Source: an uncultured Verrucomicrobiae bacterium
GTDB taxonomy: Bacteria > Verrucomicrobiota > Verrucomicrobiia > Chthoniobacterales > UBA10450
Assembly (NCBI GenBank): GCA_963735805.1
Contig: CAVTMK010000002.1
Coordinates: 1,280,001-1,344,000, forward strand
Direction of reading: 5' to 3'
Length of the DNA stretch: 64,000 bases
Notes under the pieces: model-generated
What the model was told of the DNA's origin: nothing
Databases searched by the model: none
Seen by the model: the letters and a program-made list of their open reading frames with translations, nothing else
Made by a program: the position numbers and the translations under genes
Part shown: one piece after another, positions 11,435 to 20,612 of the stretch
How positions within the stretch are numbered: the first letter of the stretch is position 1
Layout of the letters: each line of letters starts with the position of its first letter

Positions 11435-13159
11435 ATGGATCGAACCGCGTGGATTGTCGTTGCCGCTTGCGTAATCGGACTTGTATCGTGGCAGATTTAC
11501 GTGGCAAAACAGATGCCGTCCCGGCCTGCGCCGGTGAATGTTGCTTCAGGGCAAGCGTCGCCCACGGTAACGCCGAAAGCTTTTGAAGCGTCCCCGTCGC
11601 CGGCCGAACCGGAAGCCACGCCGAAGAGCGCCGACTCAGTTCCAAGCTTTGCCGAGAAGACGGAGATATTGCGAAATTCCGATGTCGAGCTCCGCCTAAC
11701 GAATCGCGGCGGCGGCATTAAGGAAGCTGTTCTTCTGAGGCAGATTGCGGAGAAAGGACAGCGGGTTGTTTTAAATTCCGGGCAGAGCGCGCCAATCGGC
11801 GCGATCATTGAGCAACCGTCGACGCCGACGCTTTCTGAGTTTACTGCCTCGACCGAATCAAACTCCCTTGTGCAATTTGAGCGGACGACAGAAGACCAGG
11901 TCGTCATTCGGAAAAAGTTCTCTTTCGAAAAATCCTCAGGGACGAAAGACAACTATGTGATCGAAATGGATGTCGATCTTGAGAACCGAGGGGGCAAGCC
12001 TTATCAAACTGCTGGTTACTTTGTCGCGCTTGGATCGGCAGCGCCTATTCATCCCAAGGATTATCCTTCCTACACGCGACTTGCCTGGTGCATCGATGGA
12101 AGGGCAAAAGGAATCGACGTTAGCTGGTTTGGCAGCAGCGGCGGGTTTCTCGGTTTGGTGGGCCAGCGCGCAGCCCGGCCGTACTATCAGGAGAATGTTT
12201 CGGGGGCGGAGTGGGTTGCGGTAAGCAACCAGTTTTTTACCACGCTGATGGCCCCGCTCACTGCCAAAGCCACTGGCGTGTGGGGACGCCGTTTCGATGT
12301 CGAATATTCTCCGGAGCAAAAACTGCCGGCGATTGAGGGTGCGCTTGGCATGCCGGGGTTTCAGTTGCAGCCCGGACAAACATACAGTGCGCGTTTCGAG
12401 ATATACGCGGGTCCGAAACTTTACCATAGCCTGGCACAACTTTCGCACAATGAATCCGAGGTGATGGACTTCGGGATTTTCAAGCTCGTCTGTCAGTTCC
12501 TCCTCAATTTCATGAATCTGCTGCACAGTTGGCTTGGCGGCTACGGTCTCGCCATTCTGGCTCTCACCACGATTATCAAGCTCACGCTCTGGCCGATTCA
12601 AAACCGGGCCAACCGTTCCATGCGCCAGATGGCCGCGCTCTCTCCGAAAATGCAGGAGCTGAAGGACAAGTACAAAGACGATCCGACGCGGATGAACCAG
12701 GAATTGATGAAGCTTTACAAGCAGTACGGCATCAATCCGGTCGGCGGCTGTTTGCCGATGCTGATTCAAATCCCGATCTTTTTCGGCCTATTCAAAATGC
12801 TGGGGCAGGCGGTGGAACTGCGAAACGCAAAATTTCTTTGGGTAAAGGATCTTTCTCAGCCCGACACGATAGCGCACTTGCCGATTCTCGGGTGGCCGAT
12901 CAATATCATCCCGCTCTGTATGGCTGCGACGCAGATTTGGCTCATGGCAATGACGCCAAAGACGGGTGATCCGACTCAGCGTCGGGTCATGATGTTCACG
13001 CCGCTGATCTTTTTATTTATCTGCTACAATTTTGCCGCAGCTCTGGCATTGTATTACACCGCACAGAATCTATTCAGCATCCTGCAATTTTATCAGAACA
13101 AACGACAACCCATGCCAACGCTTGAAAAAGTTGCGCCTGCTGGAAAACGGAAACGATGA
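11435..13159 (+). CDS. yidC: Membrane protein insertase YidC
   Basis: N-terminal TM, periplasmic domain, YAGPK, GINPVGGCLPMLIQIPIFF, WVKDLSQPD. Confidence 0.97.
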   Translation: MDRTAWIVVAACVIGLVSWQIYVAKQMPSRPAPVNVASGQASPTVTPKAFEASPSPAEPEATPKSADSVPSFAEKTEILRNSDVELRLTNRGGGIKEAVLLRQIAEKGQRVVLNSGQSAPIGAIIEQPSTPTLSEFTASTESNSLVQFERTTEDQVVIRKKFSFEKSSGTKDNYVIEMDVDLENRGGKPYQTAGYFVALGSAAPIHPKDYPSYTRLAWCIDGRAKGIDVSWFGSSGGFLGLVGQRAARPYYQENVSGAEWVAVSNQFFTTLMAPLTAKATGVWGRRFDVEYSPEQKLPAIEGALGMPGFQLQPGQTYSARFEIYAGPKLYHSLAQLSHNESEVMDFGIFKLVCQFLLNFMNLLHSWLGGYGLAILALTTIIKLTLWPIQNRANRSMRQMAALSPKMQELKDKYKDDPTRMNQELMKLYKQYGINPVGGCLPMLIQIPIFFGLFKMLGQAVELRNAKFLWVKDLSQPDTIAHLPILGWPINIIPLCMAATQIWLMAMTPKTGDPTQRRVMMFTPLIFLFICYNFAAALALYYTAQNLFSILQFYQNKRQPMPTLEKVAPAGKRKR

Positions 13160-13641
13160 TGACACCAAAGGATTTGCTCGACACCCTGCTTGGTTATCTC
13201 GGTTTCGTTGTGCAAATCGAGGAGACCAGCAACGAGGGTGGCAACCCGACGCTACAGATTTATACCGAGGAAAGTGGTCGGCTGATCGGACGCAACGGCG
13301 AGACTCTCGAGGCCACCCAGTTTTTGCTTAATCGATTGCTGCAAGCCCGGGACAAAGATGCCGAAAAAGTAATTGTGGATTGCGAGCATTACCGGTCCAT
13401 GCGCGAAGACCGGATCGTGCAACGCGTTCGTGAATTGGCCGAACGCGTGCGCATCACTGGCCGTTCGCTTCAGCTCGAGCCGATGAACTCTTACGAACGC
13501 CGTCTCGTCCACAATGCTTTTAAAGACGATCCCGATGTGGCGACGTGGAGCCCGTCCGATTCAGCGCGCATTAAGCAAATCACATTGGTGAAACGCCAAC
13601 CCAAAAAAGAAACAGCGCAAAAAGAGCAGGTATCTTCCTGA
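13156..13641 (+). CDS. jag: Jag/KhpB-like KH-R3H RNA-binding protein (no Jag_N domain)
   Basis: LIGRNGETLEA KH motif, PMNSYERRLVH R3H motif; downstream of yidC. Confidence 0.88.
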   Translation: MMTPKDLLDTLLGYLGFVVQIEETSNEGGNPTLQIYTEESGRLIGRNGETLEATQFLLNRLLQARDKDAEKVIVDCEHYRSMREDRIVQRVRELAERVRITGRSLQLEPMNSYERRLVHNAFKDDPDVATWSPSDSARIKQITLVKRQPKKETAQKEQVSS

Positions 13642-13690
13642 TCAGGAGAAGCGGGCGGCAGCACCTAATTCGCGGTGTTCCTGCTTAATC

Positions 13691-14170
13691 TCACACGGTC
13701 GTGAGCCCGGAAAGTGAAGCAAGAGTAGCCCCGGCGGCGCCAGCAGGAGCCCACCACGTCTGATCGCCGACAATCCCATCCACGTGCACAGCTCGATCCT
13801 GTTGATAGGCTTTCACAGCCCCTTCGGTCTTGGGTCCGAAATCACCATCCACCGGCCCCGGATCGGTCGCAGAAGTTCCATACTTCTTGAGACCTGTTTG
13901 CAACGCGGTCACAGAATTACCAGAGGCGCCTCGGGATAATGTCGGCGTGTTTGGGTCGGCTGGAAGCGCCTGCCATGTTTGCGGTCCGACAATCCCGTCT
14001 ACCGTCAGGCCTGCGCCTTGTTGGAAATCTTTAACGGCCTGCTCTGTCGTTGCGTCGAAGCTGCCCGTGATACCGCTGGGAGCGAGCACCTTGGTCATTA
14101 CAAAGATACGTTGAAGTCTTCGCACGTCGTTGCCTGTCGCGCCGATGCTGAGTGTGGGACCGCTGTTCAT
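13691..14170 (-). CDS. Tandem peptidoglycan-binding domain protein
   Basis: Two PG_binding_1 repeats (TLSIGATGNDVRRLQ...VKDFQ...VDGIVGPQTW and TLSRGASGNSVTALQ...VDGIVGDQTW); likely start at ATG 14170. Confidence 0.85.
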   Translation of the reverse strand: MNSGPTLSIGATGNDVRRLQRIFVMTKVLAPSGITGSFDATTEQAVKDFQQGAGLTVDGIVGPQTWQALPADPNTPTLSRGASGNSVTALQTGLKKYGTSATDPGPVDGDFGPKTEGAVKAYQQDRAVHVDGIVGDQTWWAPAGAAGATLASLSGLTTV

Positions 14171-14357
14171 AAGATTATGCCTTCCTATCTGTTTGTAGCG
14201 CCAAGTCTTGCGACAATAATCCGATATTTCAAGCAAAGTCGATCACAAGACAGATGATTCCCATAGCGGAAACTATTTCGTTCCGGGACCCGAGAGAAAA
14301 ATTAGCAATTATCTGGTAGCGGAGCGCCGAAAATCTGAGAAGGGTTATCGCTCAATT

Positions 14358-15428
14358 ATGAAAACACTTACGCTTCCGCCATTTGTTCTTTGTCTCGTTA
14401 TCCTTGGACTTTGCGGGGCTGTTTCTGCGCAAAGCGATTTAAAGCTGCCTGATGTCAGCCAGGCTGCTGAGGTCAAACAGCGCATCGCCCTGACGGATAT
14501 CACGGTCAATTACCATCGCCCATTGGTGAACGGGCGAAAGATTTGGGGCGGCGTCGTCCCGTACGGCAAAGTCTGGCGCGCGGGTGCAAATGAAAACACG
14601 ACGATTGAATTCAGCGATCCTGTTTCGATCGAGGGGAAACCGTTAGCCAAAGGAATTTACGGTTTGCATATGATCCCGAATCAGGATTCGTGGACGATTA
14701 TTTTTTCGAAAACCAACACGGGGTGGGGAAGCTACAGTTATAAACAGGACGAAGATGCTTTGCGCGTGGATGTGAAACCGAGGCCATTGGCTGAGCAGAA
14801 AGAGGCGCTCGAATTCGAGTTTGAGGATCTAAAGCCAGATTCGACGGCAGTGACACTGAAGTGGGAGAAGTTGGGTGTTCCCTTCACCGTCTCGATTAAG
14901 GATGCGGATCAGACGCTGCAGAATATTCGAGCGCAAATGAAAGGCGGAGGCCAGTTTGCCTGGCAAGCCCCAGACCAAGCGGCGCAATTTTGTTTGACCA
15001 AAAAGATTGATCTGGATGAAGCACTGCGTTGGGCCGATCTCTCAATTCAGAATGAGGAGAGGTTCGAAAATCTGAGCACCAAAGCGGATGTCCTTAAAGC
15101 GCTGAATCGGCCGGATGAGGCGAAGAAAGTCTGGGACCAGGCGCTTGGGAAGGCCACTGCACCGCAATTATATACATATGGCCGACAGCTTCAGAACCAG
15201 AAAAAGGGGACTGAAGCAATGGAGATCTTTAAAGAGGTCGCCAAGCGCTTTCCGCAAGGGGTGTTTGGATATTTGGCTCAAGCACGCATTAAATCTGCAG
15301 GTGGTGATTTCACCGGCGCGCTGAACGACGCGAAACAGGCGCAAGCTGCCTCTCCTAGTGATGCGCAGAAGCAGGCTATCCAAGGCCTCATCGATCGCCT
15401 CGAGGCGAAGCAGGACGTCAATAAGTAA
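14358..15428 (+). CDS. Secreted DUF2911 domain protein with C-terminal TPR-like helices
   Basis: Signal peptide; ITVNYHRP...GRKIWGGVVPYGKVWRAGANENT DUF2911 signature; helical C-terminus. Confidence 0.88.
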   Translation: MKTLTLPPFVLCLVILGLCGAVSAQSDLKLPDVSQAAEVKQRIALTDITVNYHRPLVNGRKIWGGVVPYGKVWRAGANENTTIEFSDPVSIEGKPLAKGIYGLHMIPNQDSWTIIFSKTNTGWGSYSYKQDEDALRVDVKPRPLAEQKEALEFEFEDLKPDSTAVTLKWEKLGVPFTVSIKDADQTLQNIRAQMKGGGQFAWQAPDQAAQFCLTKKIDLDEALRWADLSIQNEERFENLSTKADVLKALNRPDEAKKVWDQALGKATAPQLYTYGRQLQNQKKGTEAMEIFKEVAKRFPQGVFGYLAQARIKSAGGDFTGALNDAKQAQAASPSDAQKQAIQGLIDRLEAKQDVNK

Positions 15429-15461
15429 CGCGGCTATTTCGGACTAGGGACGATAGCCTCG

Positions 15462-18013
15462 ATGGGACGCTCACGGGAAAGTGCGCTGCTACGCGTGATA
15501 CACCGCAATACTGAACGCTGGTGGCGCACAGCGGTCGTTGCTGCGATGCTAATAACTGCGGGCAGGGGCCTTTCCGCCGATGCGCCACCGTTGTTGGCTC
15601 CTGAGCAGCTCAATGCTGCGGAGATTCAGTTGGCACTGCAAAAGCTCAACGTGCTGGGTCGGGTTCTGTATGTCGCGGCTCATCCTGACGACGAAAACAC
15701 CAACCTCATGGCGCTCTGGGCGAACGGCTCACTGTATGACGCCGCTTATCTTTCGATTACGCGCGGGGATGGCGGTCAGAATTTGATCGGACCGGAACTA
15801 CGCGAGCGCCTAGGCGTTATTCGAACGGAGGAATTGCTGGCAGCGCGACGCATCGACCATGGCAAACAGTTCTTCTCGCGAGCAATCGATTTCGGATTTT
15901 CAAAGACGGCAAAAGAGACCATGCGTTTCTGGGATCACGACAAAATCCTGTCCGATGTGGTTTGGGTCGTCCGAAAGTTCCGACCAGACGTGATGGTGAC
16001 ACGCTTCAGTCCGGAGGATCAAAAGACGCATGGCCATCATACCGCGTCGGCCATCCTTGCCGTGGAAGCATTCTCGGCTGCCGGTGACCCAAAGCGCTTC
16101 CCGGAGCAGCTGGCTTTCGTAAAACCGTGGCAGCCGACGCGGTTGGTTTGGAACACATCTCCATTTTTCTTTTCGAACCGTAACCTTCCTTTCGATCCCA
16201 CGGGTCTGACCGTTTTGGAAGCGGGTGGTTACAATCCGCTTCTCGGAAAAGCGTACACCGAAATCGCAGCGGCCAGTCTGAGCATGCATAAGAGCCAGGG
16301 TGTCGGTAGCCCGCCGCGACGCGGAGCGCGGAAAGAATATTTCAAACTGTTGGAAGGTCGGCCCATGACGAATGCACTTTTCGAGAGCGTCGATACGACC
16401 TGGTCGCGCGTCCCGAATTCTGGATCTGTTTCTGCAGAAATTGGTCAGATCATTTCGCAATTCCATCCAGCCGATCCGGCCGCGTCGGTGCCTGCCTTGT
16501 TTAAACTAAGGCAGGTGTTGGGTGAAATGAACGATGACTCCTGGGTCCCTGAGAAGAAAGCCGAGCTGGATAAGATCATCGCCGCATGTCTCGGCTTGCA
16601 TGTAGAAGCGTCGACAACCGATGAGACCGTCACGCCAGGGCAAAACGTAACGGTAAAGCTGGAGGCAATTAACCGCTGCAATATCCCAGTTACACTCCAG
16701 GAAGCACGTTGTCCGTTCTCCGGCGACTCAATGAAAATTGGCACGACACTTCCACCAAACGAACTCGTAACGAAGGACCTGTCGTGCAAAATTCCGGATA
16801 ATACTCCTTATTCACAGCCTTATTGGCTCCGTAAACCAGGAACGCTTGGTACGTTCGCAGTGGATGATCAACAGCTTATCGGGCTACCTGAAAATCCGCC
16901 CAATCTTCCCATAGAACTTGTCCTTCAAATCAACGGACAGGAACTCCGTTATACCGTCGAGGGGAAGTATCGCACCGTTGACCCGGTAGCGGGTGAACTG
17001 CGACGAACATTGGTCATAGCACCACCGGTTTTCACCAAGATCGGGGACGGCGCGTTGATCTTCCCGACGAGCCAACCAAAACCCGTTTCGGTACATGTGA
17101 CTGCGACCACGGGCCCTGTAAAAGGGGAACTCAAGCTCGCTGCGCCGCAGGGCTGGGGAGTCAATCCGGCGGCTGTAGCAATAGATTTGAAGGGACCCAA
17201 CGCAGAGACGACGGCCACCTTTACCGTCAAACCACCAGACCAGGGTAGCGAAGGCACGTTGCGAGCTATCGTGTCGATTCAGGGCCGCGATTATTCCTCC
17301 GAACGCGTGCGGATTTCCTACCCACACATCGGTGTCCAGACGCTGATGCCGCCGGCAGAAGTAAAACTTGTTCGGGCTGATATTCGCAAAAAAGGCGATC
17401 GCATCGGTTACATTCCCGGCGCTGGCGATGATGTTCCGGAAAGCCTGCAACAGATTGGTTACTCAGTGAAGATTCTGAGCGAATCTGATATCACAGCGGA
17501 GAACCTGGCACAGTTTTCCGCCGTAGTGCTCGGGATCCGCGCGTATAACACGCAGGATCGAATTTCCAACTGGTTGCCGGAACTGTTCGACTATGTCAAG
17601 GCTGGTGGAGTTGTGATCGCACAGTACAACACACTTGCAGAGCTTAAGACCGAGCAATTCGGGCCGTATCCATTGGAAATTTCGCGCGATCGCGTCACCG
17701 ATGAAAATGCGGAGGTGCGCATTCTGGCGCCGAACATCCGCTCATGACTGTTCCAAACAAAATTACTTCGAAAGATTTCGAGGGATGGGTTCAGGAACGC
17801 GGACTTTATTTTCCAAAGAAGTGGGATCCCGCCTGGACAGAGATCCTGTCCTCCAACGATCCAAACGAAAAACCGCTCAATGGCGGCCTGCTGGTAGCGA
17901 AATTTGGGAAAGGCTTTTTTATCTACACCAGTTATTCCTGGTTTCGGCAATTGCCCGCTGGTGTCCCGGGAGCGTATCGTTTATTCGCGAACATGTTGTC
18001 ATTGGGAAAATGA
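15462..18013 (+). pseudogene. Large PIG-L/LmbE-family deacetylase, split by a 1-nt deletion near 17733-17736 (possibly a sequencing error)
   Basis: VAAHPDDE, TRGDGGQN, RTEELLAARRID and HGHH motifs. ORF 15462-17747 continues in ORF 17744-18013; adding one base gives ILAP(N/E)HPLMTVPNKIT...WVQERGLYF. Confidence 0.85.
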
Positions 18014-18123
18014 ACGTAACCGAGTCAGACACGCGTTCCTGGCGCAAAGCATATAGCCTGGCGCTTTCCCTTTTTGCAGTGGAGGTAGTGCTCCTCTACC
18101 TGTTCACCGTCCGGTTCTCGTGA
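18010..18123 (+). CDS. 37-aa single-TM small protein coupled to the symporter
   Basis: MNVTESDTRSWRKAYSLALSLFAVEVVLLYLFTVRFS; ATGA overlap with the upstream gene and GTGA overlap with the symporter. Confidence 0.72.
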   Translation: MNVTESDTRSWRKAYSLALSLFAVEVVLLYLFTVRFS

Positions 18124-19826
18124 ACCGGCTCGATTATCTCGTTCTTATCGCCACGATTCTGGCGATCCCGCTTTATGGACTGTGGCGCACCCGCGGAAGC
18201 GCTTCCTTACGTCAGTATCTCAGGGGCGATGCGAGCATTCGGTGGGCTACCATCGGGCTCTCCGTGCTCGCGACGCAGGCAGGACCGATCACGTTTCTTT
18301 CCATGCCAGGTCAGGCCTATGAGAGCGGCATAGGTTTCATCCAGAATTATTTTGGCCAGCCGCTCGCGCTCATTGTTGTGTGCGCGGTCTTCGTTCCGAT
18401 TTATCAACGGCTAAAGGTTTACACGGCCTATCAATACCTGGGTGAACGGTTTGACCGGAAAACGCAGTTACTTGGCGCCTTCCTGTTTCTTGTGCAACGA
18501 GGCATCGCAGCGGGAATCACAATCTACGCACCAGCCATTATTCTTTCCGCCGTGCTCGGCTGGCGGCTGGACCTGACCATCTGGTTCGCCGGCGGCGTGG
18601 TTATCATCTACACGGTCGCGGGCGGGACCAAGATTGTAAGCATCACCCAACGCTACCAGATGATTGTGATTTTAGTCGGCATGGCGATTGCATTTGCGGT
18701 GGCGGTTTACCGGTTATCGCCCGACCTATCGTTTCATAACACGCTATCGGTTGCTGGGAAAATGGGCAAACTGGAGGCCGTCGACTTCTCCGTCGATCCG
18801 CACAAGCGCTATACATTCTGGTCGGGGCTGATTGGCGGATTTTTTCTCGCGCTTTCCTATTTCGGAGCTGACCAATCACAGGTGCAACGATATCTCGCGG
18901 GAGGTTCGCTTAAGGAGAGTCGTCTCGGATTGCTCTTCAACGCCGCGGTGAAGATACCGATGCAATTTTTCATTCTGCTGCTTGGCGCGATTGTTTTCAT
19001 GTTCTACCAATTCGAAAAGCCGCCTCTTTATTTCAACCAGCCGGCATACCAGCGAGCAGTGGCAAACGGCCATGCGCCGCAGTTAGCGGTGTTGCAAACG
19101 CAATTCGATGACGTCTTCATGCAAAAACGTGCACTTATTCGCGAGGTTTCCAGTGCATCCTCAAAGTTTTCGCCAGATCAGCGCGACGTGGTGACGACGA
19201 GGCTGCGCGAACTTGACGCTCAGGGGCGCGAATTGCGCGATCGAACGAAAACAGTTCTGAAGGAGGCTGGCGTGGATCCAAAAAACAAGGATTCCGATTA
19301 CGTTTTTATTACTTTCATTCTTCAACAGATGCCGCATGGCGTTGTCGGATTACTAATCGCAGTGATTCTTTGCGCGACCATGTCAGCGGTGGCAGCAACT
19401 CTGAACGCACTTGGTTCCACCACCGCGATCGACTTTTATCGCCCATTGATTCGCCCGAACGCGAGCGACCATCACTATGTTATTGCGGCGAAAGCGTTGA
19501 CCGCTGCGTGGGGTTTGATTGCCATTGGGGTGGCTACGTTTGCCAGTTTGGTCGAAAATCTCATCGAAGCAGGCAACATCCTGGGCTCGGTGTTCTATGG
19601 CAGCATCCTCGGTCTCTTTCTGGCAGCTTTCTTTATTCGTCGAGTAACCGGATCGGCCGTTTTTTTCGCGGCGCTGATCGCACAGGCGCTTGTCTTCCTC
19701 CTGTTCGCTACGACGAATATCGGTTATCTCTGGTATAATTTTATTGGATGCGCGGCGGTACTAGTCCTGGCGCCAGTTCTGCAGCAAACTATCTTTCGCA
19801 GGGCGGAAGCTCCCCCTGGGGTATGA
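18120..19826 (+). CDS. Sodium:solute symporter (SSS family)
   Basis: Multi-TM protein with YQYLGERFD, YTVAGG and YFGADQSQVQRYL SSS motifs. Confidence 0.93.
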   Translation: MNRLDYLVLIATILAIPLYGLWRTRGSASLRQYLRGDASIRWATIGLSVLATQAGPITFLSMPGQAYESGIGFIQNYFGQPLALIVVCAVFVPIYQRLKVYTAYQYLGERFDRKTQLLGAFLFLVQRGIAAGITIYAPAIILSAVLGWRLDLTIWFAGGVVIIYTVAGGTKIVSITQRYQMIVILVGMAIAFAVAVYRLSPDLSFHNTLSVAGKMGKLEAVDFSVDPHKRYTFWSGLIGGFFLALSYFGADQSQVQRYLAGGSLKESRLGLLFNAAVKIPMQFFILLLGAIVFMFYQFEKPPLYFNQPAYQRAVANGHAPQLAVLQTQFDDVFMQKRALIREVSSASSKFSPDQRDVVTTRLRELDAQGRELRDRTKTVLKEAGVDPKNKDSDYVFITFILQQMPHGVVGLLIAVILCATMSAVAATLNALGSTTAIDFYRPLIRPNASDHHYVIAAKALTAAWGLIAIGVATFASLVENLIEAGNILGSVFYGSILGLFLAAFFIRRVTGSAVFFAALIAQALVFLLFATTNIGYLWYNFIGCAAVLVLAPVLQQTIFRRAEAPPGV

Positions 19827-19841
19827 AATTCGTTCTGGGCC

Positions 19842-20612
19842 ATGGATCATCCGATTATTTGTTTCGGTCAACAACCGTGCGGGATTTTTCCCAAGCGGTT
19901 TTTGTTCGCTAAAATTCTCGCGGCCCGGCGTCTTCAAAAGGAGATTGGCGGAGAAATCGTCTTTTTCTTTCACGACAGTGATCACGACCCGCGGGAGACG
20001 ATTACGATTGTGCGAGACCAAAGTACCGGCCAGGAAGTGCACCTAAACTTTCAGTTCGAGAATCGGATCCAAAAGCAGTTTTCGCCTCTCTATGCCAAAC
20101 GTGTCCTGCCGGAATGGCAGGAGAAAACTGCGCGCCAACTTCCGAATTATGTTTCACAACCTCTGGTCGCGCACTTCAAAAAGATTAAATGTTCGAATGT
20201 GGCGGACTTCTGTCTCGAGATGTACTCGCGAATGGGGCTGTTGGAAGGTATAAAGGTGGAGCGATCCAGTGCACCCGGGTTTAGAGCGCGCGCTGTAGCG
20301 GTCCCAGACTATTTTGTCGATCAGCGCTACGAAGGCGAAATCGTGCGTGCGCGTTATCGCGACGGGAAATTGTTGCTACACAAGGGAGGCGGCAGATATC
20401 TGGAAATTCCTGCGGGAGAATTTGGTCCGGAGCAAATCAGCCCGACTCGCGATACGCGTTTCCGTTGGATGCAATCCGTTATCCGATGCACTCATTATGT
20501 CGCAGGAGCGAGCGAACAGCATTATGTTAACAAGGCGGATGCTCCCAACGTGGCGTTCGCCAAACGGGACGAAATTTCGGACTTCGACAAAGCTTATACG
20601 GAACTGGGATGA
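19842..20612 (+). CDS. bshC: Short BshC-like protein (putative cysteine-adding enzyme)
   Basis: GQQ...K...FFHDSDHDPRE and MQSVI...YVAGASEQHY resemble the BshC motifs GQQ, EDHD and FIAGPGE.xY. ATGA-coupled to bshA. Only 256 aa. Confidence 0.7.
   Translation: MDHPIICFGQQPCGIFPKRFLFAKILAARRLQKEIGGEIVFFFHDSDHDPRETITIVRDQSTGQEVHLNFQFENRIQKQFSPLYAKRVLPEWQEKTARQLPNYVSQPLVAHFKKIKCSNVADFCLEMYSRMGLLEGIKVERSSAPGFRARAVAVPDYFVDQRYEGEIVRARYRDGKLLLHKGGGRYLEIPAGEFGPEQISPTRDTRFRWMQSVIRCTHYVAGASEQHYVNKADAPNVAFAKRDEISDFDKAYTELG

Noticed and set aside
17730..17747. Programmed frameshift or selenocysteine readthrough in the PIG-L gene
   Set aside because: There is no slippery heptamer, and the continuation is in another frame, so UGA readthrough would not restore the protein.
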